A stretch of 64,000 bases of DNA from the NCBI GenBank assembly GCA_016214555.1, contig JACROF010000016.1, positions 633 to 64,632 of the forward strand, read 5' to 3'. Every line of letters starts with the position of its first letter. The stretch's first letter is position 1. This document shows, piece after piece, positions 1 through 9,132 of this stretch. Source of the DNA: Candidatus Levyibacteriota bacterium (GTDB taxonomy: Bacteria > Patescibacteriota > Microgenomatia > Levybacterales > UBA12049). The notes beneath the pieces are model-generated. The model was not told the origin of the DNA. It was given only the letters and a program-made list of their open reading frames with translations, and did not search any database. The translations under genes were made by a program, and so were the position numbers.

Positions 1-2
1 AT

Positions 3-1076
3 GTGGTAAAATTTCTTTTTTTGTGTCTTGGGAATTCGCTTCGAGAGCGATCAATGACGAAAGAGTATGAAAAAGTAGATAACGCTTTTAAAAACGCTCT
101 TTCCTACAACGATGAGCTTGTGATTGCTCAGGAGCTGAAAAACGCAATTGATTTTTTGGCGATTGGAAAAAAGCTCACGATTATTTTTCTCTTTGATAGG
201 TTTGATGATTACACACCTCACGTGAGTGAGGACTTCTTTACGCTTCTGAGGTCTTTGCGTGACAGAGCAAAATATCGATTTTCAGCTGTGTTTTCACTGA
301 GCCATCCTCTGGATGACATGGCTGATTCAGAAGTGGTGGCTGACTTTAGCGATTTTATTCGGGGACATGAGATTTATCTCTCACTGTATGATAAAGCGAG
401 TATTGATTTTCGCATCTCCTATCTTGAAAAAATTACTGCAAAGACTCTCCCTGAAGGAATTAAAAAAGAGACAAAATTACTTACTGGTGGGCATATGAGA
501 CTTATGAAAGTATGCAGCGAAGCTTTGCTTGCTCAGGGGGAGGTAAAAGACTTTCCCCCATTTCTTCTTGGGCAAAAAGCTGTTTTGTCAGCTCTTGTAA
601 GTATCTGGAAAACATTTACTCCTTCAGAGCAGGCGTGCCTATCAGATCTTGCGATCAAACAATCCTGCGATGAAGAAATCGATTATCTCTTAAGGGTGGG
701 GATAAGAGAGGGTGACAAGATCGCGATTCCTCTTGTCAAAGAGGCAATCGCACAAGGACTTTTGGCAAAAAGCGATGAAAAATTTGTTTTTGATGTCACA
801 ACAAATACGATTAAAAAGGGTGAAATGGTTGTCTCAGACATATTGAGCAAAGGAGAGTACAGGCTTTTTTCCTACCTTCTCTCAAGACAAAATGAAATCA
901 TTGAGAGAGAGGCAATTGTTGATCATGTGTGGGGAGAGGAAAAGTCAACAGCAGGTGTAACAGAACAGGCCATAGACCAGCTCCTTTTTCGCCTGAGACG
1001 AAAAATTGAAGATGATCCCGACAATCCTCAACATCTTCATATTATAAAAGGTCGCGGAGTTAGATTTAGTCAGTAG
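3..1076 (+). CDS. transcriptional regulator, 5'-truncated at window edge; C-terminal OmpR/PhoB-type winged-helix DNA-binding domain, N-terminal helical/ATPase-lid-like region
   Basis: ORF open from window edge; C-terminal ...YRLFSYLLSRQNEIIEREAIVDHVWGE...LFRLRRKIE...IIKGRGVRF fits the trans_reg_C wHTH pattern. Confidence 0.6.
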   Translation: MVKFLFLCLGNSLRERSMTKEYEKVDNAFKNALSYNDELVIAQELKNAIDFLAIGKKLTIIFLFDRFDDYTPHVSEDFFTLLRSLRDRAKYRFSAVFSLSHPLDDMADSEVVADFSDFIRGHEIYLSLYDKASIDFRISYLEKITAKTLPEGIKKETKLLTGGHMRLMKVCSEALLAQGEVKDFPPFLLGQKAVLSALVSIWKTFTPSEQACLSDLAIKQSCDEEIDYLLRVGIREGDKIAIPLVKEAIAQGLLAKSDEKFVFDVTTNTIKKGEMVVSDILSKGEYRLFSYLLSRQNEIIEREAIVDHVWGEEKSTAGVTEQAIDQLLFRLRRKIEDDPDNPQHLHIIKGRGVRFSQ

Positions 1077-1121
1077 CCTCAAAGTAAAAGGATTTTAAAA
1101 GGATGATATCAAGTCTCTTTT

Positions 1122-4100
1122 GTGCATCTTTTCTATACTTCCCTCATGACAGAACGAGGGCCAATTTTTGATCCCAGATCTACGCGTGAGCGAGGTTTGA
1201 CTTCATCCTCCCAAAGACCGTATGCTAATGATGGAGTATTGTCTATGGATAACATCAATCAAGAACAACGAGTTTGGGACCCCATTGATACGCCTGTAGC
1301 CGGTGGTGGCAATACTGGCGAAAGACGTCCGCCACAAAATCAGGATATTGTCGCCAGAACGCCTCAAGAAGTTGCTGCAAAAGCTGCATGGAGAGGCGCA
1401 TATGGTGGCATTTGGCCAACTGATCCAGAGGAGAGAAGGCATGTTGAGGAATTTATCAGAAATGGTCTGACTCCTGATGCACTGAGGGGGGCTATGTCAC
1501 AAGGCGGGGTTGGGCAACGACATCCTGAGCAAGGACCACAATCTCCAGGGATGATTGATCTTCCTGATTTTGTAACCGATGATGAAGGCAATGTTTATGC
1601 TCCTCTTGCAGGTAGTGAGCTTGCGCAGAGAGAGGCAATGCGAGAGGCAATGTCTGCTCCTGGAATAGCAATTGGATCTGATTCATCAGAAGGACTGCTG
1701 AGAAAGAATCAGCTAAGTGCTCAGGAGTTTGAGCAATTTCAGCGAGATTTGGAAAAAGGAAAATGGGTACCGGAAAAATTTCTTAGAGATAAAGACGTGT
1801 CTGGAGATCTCAAAATTAACTCAGTTGAGACACTTGCGTATCTTATTATGGACAAAGAGCAAGATGATGACTTTAAACCAGGAGGGGCTTTTGAGCTACT
1901 TAACAAAAAAGGAGAGTTTCAATCTCACAACTTCCTCCACTGGGTCAGAAATTGGATGATGTATTGGCACGGGGAAGCTCCTGATGCGAAGCATGATTTT
2001 GTCAATGAGATTAATGTCACAAAAGATTTTGGAGCACTTGCTCTTAAGCAAATGATTCAGTCACCAGGACGATTTTTTAGGAGCTGGAGGGCGGCAGGCC
2101 AGGGTACCAATGAGGATTTTCAGGTGTATAAAGAGCTCGTTGAGCAGATTAAAAGAGAGACATGGCTTTTTGGGGCAAGTAGAGAATTTGATATTGGGTA
2201 CAAGGAAAATATGGGAGCTGAGGAGCAACTCGCAAAAGTACTTCAGCAAATATTTTACCTTAATCCATTTACTAAGACTGTATGGGATCAAAAAAGTTCT
2301 CTGTATTGGATCATGAATATGCCGCAACGGTTTAAAAATGTTCCTGAAGGAGGCAGGCAAGGTGACTCAAATGCTGGGAGGGCTCTCAATACGGCCTATT
2401 TGGTCTATTACAATATCGCTGATGAGAAGATGCTCACAAGTCTCTTGGGTGAAAATACATCGTTACTAAATAGGGAAGCATTAAAGCATGCGGTCAAAAA
2501 GCAGATGGTGGAAGAGAAAATGACTCTTGTTAATGGGACTGTGCTTGATAAAGATTGCCTTGACAGGACAAAGTTTACTCAATCTCAAGTTGATGCCTAT
2601 ATTAATCAAGTGTCTGATGACGATATTGTTAAATATTTGTCGCCGGAGAACTTGCTAGAGCTTAATGGGAAAAAGGATATTACTGATTTTATTAATATCT
2701 TTAATCAACCTCAAAAATCATCACGAATTCAAAAGGTTGTTCGAACCATTATCCAGGATGAGCTCATTAAAAAATATGATCTCTATGTAAAAGATGTGGA
2801 TGGAAATTATGTCTATGAAACAGAGATTATTAAAGATGTGGATGGAAAGCCTACAAAGGATGAGTATGGTAATTACAGACGAAGGGAAGTCAAGCACAAG
2901 GCTGCAGATGGATCAGAGGGAGAGAGAGTTCGTAAAAAAGATACTACGACTGTTAGCTATGCAAATACTTTTGCGCTCTCTATGGCCAGGTGGACAGGAG
3001 CTGCTGCGCGAAATGATACATTTGCTGTTGGATTTGATGCGTGGTCTAAGCTTCAAAATACTGAGGAGTATCGAGCAAAGCAGGCAAGTCCAACCAGGAT
3101 TGGTGCCTTTGGCAATCCTAAAACGCTTCATATGTTTAAGCAGCTTGCAACAGACATGATGAATGGGACGATGGTCATGGATGGCAAAATGTCAATTGAA
3201 GTTTTGGAGGATATGCTGTCTGCCAGTGAAGGATCTCAAGAAGATTATTACAAGGCTTCTTCTCAGCTTGTATTTGCTGACAATACGATGCGGTCATTTA
3301 CTGTCGATCATATGAATAGAGTTTTTGCCATTTATGGACAGATTATGAATACCGAGGAAATAAAACTTGAAAAATTTGTCAAGCACGATCTTCTATACGG
3401 TCTTCAACTCGAAAGAGGTGCATTTGAAAAAGCACTTAAAGAAAACTTCTTCAAACCCATGCGTTATGCATGGTCTACCTATGCGGGGCTAGATCTCTCA
3501 AAAATGGTGCGTACTCATAACCCCTCTTATAAAGAATATCGAAAGCGATATAAAGAGGGCGATCCAAGACGGGATACTGATCCTAGGTGTCAGCCATATA
3601 TGGAAGTGCATCTTGCTGAGGCGATGTTTGGAAGAGAGCTTTTAGACATTGAAGCGTTTTGGCATAAGGAGAAAGATGCAGAGGGAAATGAGATAAAAGA
3701 CAAGGATGGGCATGCAATTGTGAGAAAAGACATTAAAGATATTAAAATAGATGCCAAAAATTGGGTTGATAAAATTGATTGGTCAAAGCTTGCAAGCAAG
3801 GAACATAAACATATGCTTTGGAGGAGAGCTGCATGGGGAAGAATTGCTGCTGAGATACACGCTCATCGCGATAGGCATAGTAGCGATCCAAAATACAATG
3901 ACTGGATCTATAACGAAGTTATCGAGGCACTAGAGACAATAGGTGATGGTGTCGGAGGAGATGAGTTCAATATGCAGAAATCAAGAGAGCAAGGAAAGAA
4001 TCTTAGTGAAGAGGAAATTCAGTGGATGCGTAAAAAAGCCGGAATAACTGAGGGGCAGATCATGAGAAGAGCGTTTTTTATGGACTTATTGCTTTCGCTC

Positions 4101-4154
4101 AAAGATACATTTAAAGATGTTGGAAAGGCTAGTATAAAAGGCGTAAAGCCATAA
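1122..4154 (+). CDS. large hypothetical protein (1010 aa; alternative ATG starts at 1146 or 1245); Gly/Pro/Arg-rich, GC-rich N-terminal ~190 aa, no TM or signal peptide seen
   Basis: long uninterrupted ORF; N-terminal 1140-1700 is noticeably more GC-rich than the rest; no recognisable catalytic motifs. Confidence 0.6.
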   Translation: MHLFYTSLMTERGPIFDPRSTRERGLTSSSQRPYANDGVLSMDNINQEQRVWDPIDTPVAGGGNTGERRPPQNQDIVARTPQEVAAKAAWRGAYGGIWPTDPEERRHVEEFIRNGLTPDALRGAMSQGGVGQRHPEQGPQSPGMIDLPDFVTDDEGNVYAPLAGSELAQREAMREAMSAPGIAIGSDSSEGLLRKNQLSAQEFEQFQRDLEKGKWVPEKFLRDKDVSGDLKINSVETLAYLIMDKEQDDDFKPGGAFELLNKKGEFQSHNFLHWVRNWMMYWHGEAPDAKHDFVNEINVTKDFGALALKQMIQSPGRFFRSWRAAGQGTNEDFQVYKELVEQIKRETWLFGASREFDIGYKENMGAEEQLAKVLQQIFYLNPFTKTVWDQKSSLYWIMNMPQRFKNVPEGGRQGDSNAGRALNTAYLVYYNIADEKMLTSLLGENTSLLNREALKHAVKKQMVEEKMTLVNGTVLDKDCLDRTKFTQSQVDAYINQVSDDDIVKYLSPENLLELNGKKDITDFINIFNQPQKSSRIQKVVRTIIQDELIKKYDLYVKDVDGNYVYETEIIKDVDGKPTKDEYGNYRRREVKHKAADGSEGERVRKKDTTTVSYANTFALSMARWTGAAARNDTFAVGFDAWSKLQNTEEYRAKQASPTRIGAFGNPKTLHMFKQLATDMMNGTMVMDGKMSIEVLEDMLSASEGSQEDYYKASSQLVFADNTMRSFTVDHMNRVFAIYGQIMNTEEIKLEKFVKHDLLYGLQLERGAFEKALKENFFKPMRYAWSTYAGLDLSKMVRTHNPSYKEYRKRYKEGDPRRDTDPRCQPYMEVHLAEAMFGRELLDIEAFWHKEKDAEGNEIKDKDGHAIVRKDIKDIKIDAKNWVDKIDWSKLASKEHKHMLWRRAAWGRIAAEIHAHRDRHSSDPKYNDWIYNEVIEALETIGDGVGGDEFNMQKSREQGKNLSEEEIQWMRKKAGITEGQIMRRAFFMDLLLSLKDTFKDVGKASIKGVKP

Positions 4155-4170
4155 TTATTCTTACCTCTTT

Positions 4171-5832
4171 TTATGACTTTCGTTTTCCTGTGTAGTGCTC
4201 GAAGCCTCTCTCATACCTTCCATAATTACTATCTCCTAAGAATCTATTGATAAAACCCCTTTTTCGTATTCTTGTAGCCCATGTGCCCGCACGACCTTTA
4301 TGGGGATCAAATTCAAATGATCTCTTTATGTATGCTCGTGGACCGGCAAGTGCTGGAGCAAATCCTCTGCCAAATCCTCCCTGTATAGCGCCGCTGACCA
4401 ATTTGTTAGGTTCTGAGTGGAATGTCTGGCGAGTGATAGTGAGGACTTCAGGAGTAATAAGAAGAATGGCAACAACAAGGACTCCTTGAATATGATTGGT
4501 GATTGCTGGGTTTCCAATAAGTGGAGGGAGATAGTAGGTGCCAGCAGGAGCAGTAGCGTTATTAAGATCATAGGTTGGGATAGTAGAGACAACGCGTGCT
4601 GCGACAAAGAAAAATGCTGTCACAGGGAAAACAGATAAATGGGCGAGCATATATCTAAGCCATGCAGTAAAACCATATTTGCTTCCGGGGATAAGCCCTG
4701 CTCCAATATAAAGTGGGGCAAGCATAGTCCCAATGAGAGTGTAGGCATAAGCTCGAAGGAGCGCAAACCATAACCTCACCATAGCATAAAGGAGAGCAAA
4801 AAGGATAACAACTGTAAAAAGTATATCTGCAATAACCTTGACAATTCCATGGAGAATTGATTGAGCACATGATCCAAGTGTGTTCCAAAAATCTGCAGAG
4901 CAATTTCCGTCTTTGAGATCTAAAGTTTCGGTGATGGTATCAGCAATAATATTTCCAATAGTCCCACCCGCGTCAATTGAGGTGCCTGTAATACCATCGA
5001 AGCTTCCCTGGCATCCTGTTGAGTTCCCAAATAACTCATTGAGGTAGACAATGGGGTTGTTGAGAAGTTGGCGATTGGCTGCTGCTTTGATAGCTTCGCT
5101 TTGATGAGTTTCAAGAGACGTAAGGTTGTTAGGATCTTGAGGATCGGTGCAACTTACTTTATCCGGGACTAAAATACTGATGCCGGTATAGGTGCTAAAC
5201 CACATCGCGTCCACCAAAAGACCTGCTATAGAAAAAGAAAACGTAATAAAAATAAGCGTGAGGACAATTTTGGGAAGTTGATTTTGGATAGACATTACAG
5301 TCTGGGGATTTATCTTAACTCTTAGCATAATGCCCATGCCTATAAAGACAAAAAGAAGGACCATCGCAACAAAGGTGATATTGCGAAGCTTAAGCCACAT
5401 CTCTTGAAGTGGGCTTAATTTATCAAAGCCTGTATTTTGAGCGTAAGTTTGTTTGGCTATGCCAAAATTGTTGGCAAAATATTTCATCGACTCAGACGTT
5501 GAGACTGGTTTTTGATACATAAAACCAATCATATTAGTCATTGTCCCGACAACACCGCCTATTTTTTGCTGAGAAGGAGCGGTCTCTAAATTTCCTGAGG
5601 CAGGGTTAATGCCTACGCATTCTGCTTGAGGATTGACGATATCGATTCCAGACAAAAAACATCCAATGGCAGAGCTCATATTGATGAGAATTTTTTGCAT
5701 GTCAACGCTGGTTGAGGTGGAGGTGGGCACAAGTGAGGTCTGTGCGTAGATTGGTGATGCGGTTCTACCTTGTACAGCAAAAAACACAAGAAGAAGCATG
5801 ATGCATGAAATGATTTTTATGGGCAGTCGCAT
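4171..5832 (-). CDS. polytopic membrane protein with N-terminal signal/anchor, ~110-aa extracytoplasmic segment, 6-7 TM helices and basic C-terminal tail; VirB6/TrbL-like topology (weak inference)
   Basis: hydrophobic segments IISCIMLLLVFFAV, ITFVAMVLLFVFIGMGIML, IVLTLIFITFSFSIAGLLV, ILFTVVILFALLYAMVRLWF, LIGTMLAPLYIGAGLI, VFPVTAFFFVAARVV, VLVVAILLITPEVL; convergent with the 1010-aa ORF. Confidence 0.6.
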   Translation of the reverse strand: MRLPIKIISCIMLLLVFFAVQGRTASPIYAQTSLVPTSTSTSVDMQKILINMSSAIGCFLSGIDIVNPQAECVGINPASGNLETAPSQQKIGGVVGTMTNMIGFMYQKPVSTSESMKYFANNFGIAKQTYAQNTGFDKLSPLQEMWLKLRNITFVAMVLLFVFIGMGIMLRVKINPQTVMSIQNQLPKIVLTLIFITFSFSIAGLLVDAMWFSTYTGISILVPDKVSCTDPQDPNNLTSLETHQSEAIKAAANRQLLNNPIVYLNELFGNSTGCQGSFDGITGTSIDAGGTIGNIIADTITETLDLKDGNCSADFWNTLGSCAQSILHGIVKVIADILFTVVILFALLYAMVRLWFALLRAYAYTLIGTMLAPLYIGAGLIPGSKYGFTAWLRYMLAHLSVFPVTAFFFVAARVVSTIPTYDLNNATAPAGTYYLPPLIGNPAITNHIQGVLVVAILLITPEVLTITRQTFHSEPNKLVSGAIQGGFGRGFAPALAGPRAYIKRSFEFDPHKGRAGTWATRIRKRGFINRFLGDSNYGRYERGFEHYTGKRKS

Positions 5833-5891
5833 ACGAAGAACTATCTTAAGTGTGGGTTATTGTGATGGTTTTTGTCAAGTTTAGGACAAAA

Positions 5892-5918
5892 GAAAAACGC
5901 CGCGGGGATACCGCGGCG
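5892..5918 (-). terminator. rho-independent terminator for the 5990..6358 gene (minus sense CGCCGCGG-tatcc-CCGCGGCG then T-run)
   Basis: perfect 8-bp GC stem at 5898-5905/5911-5918; A-run 5892-5897 on the plus strand equals a T-run on the transcribed strand. Confidence 0.6.
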
Positions 5919-5989
5919 TAATGTTGTAGTGAAAAGACAGACCCGCCATTTGCGGACTTGCCTTCTTTCAATGTCTCAGCATAGGCCAT

Positions 5990-6358
5990 TTATCGGGCTT
6001 CTCTGATGAGAGCCAGTTGGTATGTAGCCCGTAGCATAAGTACAAGCAAAGTGAACCCAAGTCCTCCCTTGAGCATATACGATGAGAGTGTGGGGTCGAA
6101 TTTCTCAACATAGATTGATCCAATGGCGACAAATATGCCAAAGCCCCATAGATTTTTGATCGAAATCCAGAGCAATGGAAGAAAACCCTTCCATACTAGC
6201 TTGAGACTAAGAATAAAGAGCCATATGGCAAAGGTAAAACAGAACGTTAGCACCCATTCAATAATGCCATCAGCTGAAGGGGCTTCGTATCTTGTTACTG
6301 AAAACGAGTCAATAAAGCCTCCTTCATTATCACGAATTTCGTAATGCTTGGTAGGCAT
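5990..6358 (-). CDS. small 3-TM membrane protein, paralog A (MPTKHYEIRDNEGGFIDSFSV...)
   Basis: ORF; N-terminal 20 aa and ~50 nt nearly identical to the neighbouring paralog. Confidence 0.6.
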   Translation of the reverse strand: MPTKHYEIRDNEGGFIDSFSVTRYEAPSADGIIEWVLTFCFTFAIWLFILSLKLVWKGFLPLLWISIKNLWGFGIFVAIGSIYVEKFDPTLSSYMLKGGLGFTLLVLMLRATYQLALIREAR

Positions 6359-6433
6359 TGACGGTTTTCCTTTCTCTCGTGCTCCTACCTGTGTAGGATG
6401 CTTGTTGTGCCGATTTCGGCTGTCTTTTGGTGA

Positions 6434-6799
6434 TTAACCCCTGAGATGTTCAAGTGTTGCACTACACATTGCATAGAAGATTCGTAGGATCGCAATGAAG
6501 CAAAAAAACGCAAACCCTCCCCAGAGCATAAGAGATGCCATGTGGGGGTCTGTGTTCTTGAAATAGATGGAGCCAATAGAAATAAATATGCCAAATCCCC
6601 ATAGGTGTTTAAGAGATATCCACGCCAGGGAAAAAAAGAATTTTACAGTGAGCTTGAGAAGCCACCAGGTAAAGGTAAAAATGAAAATTGAGATCCACCC
6701 AATGGCGTTATCAACTGATGGAAATTCATAACTCGTTACTGAAAACGAGTCAATAAAGCCTCCTTCATTGTCACGGATTTCGTAATGACGTGTACCCAT
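6434..6799 (-). CDS. small 3-TM membrane protein, paralog B (start trimmed to MGTRHYEIRDNEGG...; track ORF extends to 6838)
   Basis: paralogy with 5990..6358; ATG at 6797-6799 gives equal 122-aa lengths. Confidence 0.55.
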   Translation of the reverse strand: MGTRHYEIRDNEGGFIDSFSVTSYEFPSVDNAIGWISIFIFTFTWWLLKLTVKFFFSLAWISLKHLWGFGIFISIGSIYFKNTDPHMASLMLWGGFAFFCFIAILRIFYAMCSATLEHLRG

Positions 6800-7010
6800 C
6801 TTTTTCTCCATTTCTTTTTGCAACCCTTTGCACCACACTGGCGCAAGTTGGCAGCAGCCTTGCCCTTTTTATCAAGAGAAAAGCTGCTGCCAGGGTTAAT
6901 CAACTGCTTGTTAAAGTACAAATGTAAGAAAATAATATCATGCTAGCCTCAGTCTAACATAAAATTCTTCTTTGTAAAGCGTATAGCTAGCTGAAGAGAT
7001 CTATAGGTAG

Positions 7011-7253
7011 TTATTCTATTAGTTTATGTTTTTTAACAAAAGCGCGTCCTGAACCTGACTTTAGATATTTTTCGAAATTAAAAGCAGTATATTTATTCGA
7101 AGTCGTGAAATATGAGATTAACCGAACAGGCAGTCTGGATTTCGTAGCTGGGACATATCCTCTTTGGTGACGTTCTATGCGATCCTCTAAATTGTCTGTG
7201 CAACCTGTATATTGTGATCCATCTGCACACTTTAATAAATACACGTACCACAT
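7011..7253 (-). CDS. GIY-YIG nuclease family small protein (UPF0213-like)
   Basis: VYLLKCADGSQYTGCTDNLEDRIERHQRG... GIY-YIG signature; SD GAAGGAG 8 nt upstream; lies directly 3' of tRNA-Ser(GGA). Confidence 0.8.
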   Translation of the reverse strand: MWYVYLLKCADGSQYTGCTDNLEDRIERHQRGYVPATKSRLPVRLISYFTTSNKYTAFNFEKYLKSGSGRAFVKKHKLIE

Positions 7254-7280
7254 ATTAAGCTCTCCTTCGCGATCTACTAA

Positions 7281-7315
7281 GCGGACTTTGTCCGCCGTAG
7301 CTCGCTTCGGCGAGC
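7281..7315 (-). promoter_or_regulatory. two adjacent hairpins between tRNA-Ser(GGA) and the GIY-YIG gene: GCGGAC-ttt-GTCCGC and GCTCGC-ttcg-GCGAGC (tetraloop)
   Basis: seen in sequence; the same GCGGAC-N3-GTCCGC motif recurs at 7939-7953 downstream of tRNA-Ser(CGA). Confidence 0.4.
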
Positions 7316-7318
7316 GAA

Positions 7319-7406
7319 GGCGGAGGTGGTGGGATTCGAACCCACGTGAGCGTGAAGCTCACAGCATTTCCAGTGCTGCGCCATGGACCAGCTAGGCGAC
7401 ACCTCC
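7319..7406 (-). tRNA. tRNA-Ser(GGA), long variable arm
   Basis: reverse complement GGAGGTGTCGCCTAGCTGGTCCATGGCGCAGCACTGGAAATGCTGTGAGCTTCACGCTCACGTGGGTTCGAATCCCACCACCTCCGCC; cloverleaf with anticodon loop cuGGAaa. Confidence 0.8.
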
Positions 7407-7487
7407 TCGTCGAAATAACTCCTTATCGCTCCACTTTGCTTTTTAAAAAAAGTTTCGCTTCATGGAGTTTTTCTCCTCTTCAAAATG

Positions 7488-7919
7488 CTACGCATTTTGA
7501 GTGAATATATATTCTTTTGCTTCTTCCCAAACTGCCTTATCTGTTTTAAAAGTAAGGCGATTTTCAACGTCATTGCTATCGATCCACTCTACATTTTCCA
7601 TCTCAAAGTCATGTTGGGTAGTATCTCCTGAGACAAATCTCATGACGAAAAAATAAACTGTCTTTTTATTTTTTTCTCCCTCCCAAGCGTACCAATATGT
7701 TTGTGGGGAAAGAGTGTGGATAATCTCGCCAATGATGCCTGTTTCTTCTTTGACTTCTCGAAGAGCAGTTTCTTCTTTTGATTCTGACTTGTTTGTGTCT
7801 CCAATCAATCCTTTTGGAAAGCCCCATCCATGATGTCCAGAATGCTGCGCGACAAGAACAAGCGTTTGATTGCCTTTTTTTTGAAAAACTACTCCTCCAG
7901 CTGAAAATTCAAATTTCAT
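7488..7919 (-). CDS. NUDIX hydrolase
   Basis: Nudix box GX5EX7REVKEETGI (GDTNKSESKEETALREVKEETGI). Confidence 0.85.
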   Translation of the reverse strand: MKFEFSAGGVVFQKKGNQTLVLVAQHSGHHGWGFPKGLIGDTNKSESKEETALREVKEETGIIGEIIHTLSPQTYWYAWEGEKNKKTVYFFVMRFVSGDTTQHDFEMENVEWIDSNDVENRLTFKTDKAVWEEAKEYIFTQNA

Positions 7920-7938
7920 ATACTTATAATCTCATCAA

Positions 7939-7953
7939 GCGGACATCGTCCGC
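7939..7953 (-). promoter_or_regulatory. GCGGAC-atc-GTCCGC hairpin ~20 nt upstream of the Nudix start codon, downstream of tRNA-Ser(CGA)
   Basis: second copy of the motif found at 7281-7295. Confidence 0.35.
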
Positions 7954-8043
7954 CGAAGGTCGCCCAAAATTGATGCTCATATCTTTATTATGGCACGAAC
8001 TTATATCTATCATGTCGCCTTCGCTAAAGCTATGGCGACCGAA

Positions 8044-8134
8044 GGCGGAGAGGGGGAGATTCGAACTCCCGGTTCGCCATATGGCGAACAGCGGTTTTCG
8101 AAACCGCAGCACTAGACCACTATGCGACCTCTCC
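8044..8134 (-). tRNA. tRNA-Ser(CGA), long variable arm
   Basis: reverse complement GGAGAGGTCGCATAGTGGTCTAGTGCTGCGGTTTCGAAAACCGCTGTTCGCCATATGGCGAACCGGGAGTTCGAATCTCCCCCTCTCCGCC. Confidence 0.8.
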
Positions 8135-8209
8135 TTATAATTCCTTACCGTTTATTACTGTCCAATCTGTGAGACCATCTCCCTTACGGGAGTCTTCGCT
8201 CACGCTTGA

Positions 8210-8223
8210 TATGCGACCTCTCC
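8210..8223 (-). repeat. 14-nt copy of the 5' end of tRNA-Ser(CGA) (GGAGAGGTCGCATA), abutting the 3' CCA of tRNA-Arg and 75 nt upstream of the full Ser gene
   Basis: TATGCGACCTCTCC occurs at 8121-8134 and 8210-8223. Confidence 0.6.
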
Positions 8224-8224
8224 T

Positions 8225-8301
8225 TGGTACTCTCGAGAAGATTCGAACTTCCGACCTCAACGTCCGCAACGTTGCGCTCTATCCAACTGAGCTACGAGAG
8301 T
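8225..8301 (-). tRNA. tRNA-Arg (anticodon read as GCG; CCA encoded)
   Basis: reverse complement ACTCTCGTAGCTCAGTTGGATAGAGCGCAACGTTGCGGACGTTGAGGTCGGAAGTTCGAATCTTCTCGAGAGTACCA; Arg-type D-arm. Confidence 0.7.
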
Positions 8302-8427
8302 AAAACGGTAAACGATTTTATCCTATAAAAGTAACAAAAAGCAATAAAAATGAACAAATAAATACTATATAGTTTGTAGGATAAATACTATGCGTATTGT
8401 ATCGAATTCTCAAAAACGAATCAAATA

Positions 8428-9018
8428 CTAGGCAGGATTATTTCTTTTTCTGTCGAGTGGGAAATTTTTTTCAAGCCAGCTTGAGGCATTTTCCATAAAA
8501 GTTGGTTTCATGTATTCTCGATAGGGCAAGAAGGGAAGCAGTACGTCTCTTATGTGATCCTTGTGCATTTCCCCCAAAACAATCGTTAGTTCTCCTGGAT
8601 ACCATTGCTTGGTGCCTATGATAAGAACGTCAGCGCCATGTTGCTTTTTAAAGTAAAAATCATAAAGTTCCTGCCAGAGGTAAAAATGATCCTGAACCAT
8701 AACACCCTCTGTTGTTACTTTGTAATGAAAATCATGGGGGGGGATACTGTTGAGGGCATAGGCCAGAAATGCGAGCGTGAGAACAAGAACCATCAAAAGA
8801 TATTGAGAAAAAAGGAAAAGAATAATTTCTACCAGAAGCATGATAATAAGAATATTGAGAAAAAATTCTTTCGTTCTTTTTTGAAATGGTCTTCCGGGAG
8901 CAGCCCAAGAGACAAGGGTCTGGATTTGATAGCCATTAAAGGACTGGTCTTGTTGTCCTATGTGCTCGGGAAGGAGTTTTTCATCAGGGGCAGAAAGTAG
9001 TTTTTCAGGCAGATCCAT
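8428..9018 (-). CDS. membrane protein with two TM helices followed by a soluble domain; hypothetical
   Basis: ORF; hydrophobic hairpin ILIIMLLVEIILFLFSQYLLMVLVLTLAFLAYAL. Confidence 0.55.
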   Translation of the reverse strand: MDLPEKLLSAPDEKLLPEHIGQQDQSFNGYQIQTLVSWAAPGRPFQKRTKEFFLNILIIMLLVEIILFLFSQYLLMVLVLTLAFLAYALNSIPPHDFHYKVTTEGVMVQDHFYLWQELYDFYFKKQHGADVLIIGTKQWYPGELTIVLGEMHKDHIRDVLLPFLPYREYMKPTFMENASSWLEKNFPLDRKRNNPA

Positions 9019-9132
9019 ATATGTATAGTATTAGAATTCTCTCTCGTGCGTCAAGTAAAGGGCAGACTGCTTGTTCTTACGTCTTTAGATCTGATATACT
9101 TTGTATCTGTTTTGGGATATAGTTAGCTTATT

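Noticed and set aside
1203-3933. Multiple 60-120-aa ORFs on either strand inside the 1010-aa gene (e.g. 1203..1442, 1364..1591, 1492..1686, 2061..2360, 2794..3159, 3590..3799)
   Set aside because: They lie in alternative frames or antisense within a long continuous ORF, with no independent signals; typical shadow ORFs.
4247-5114. Track ORFs antisense or overlapping within the 4171..5832 membrane-protein gene
   Set aside because: Overlap a well-supported long ORF; low-complexity translations.
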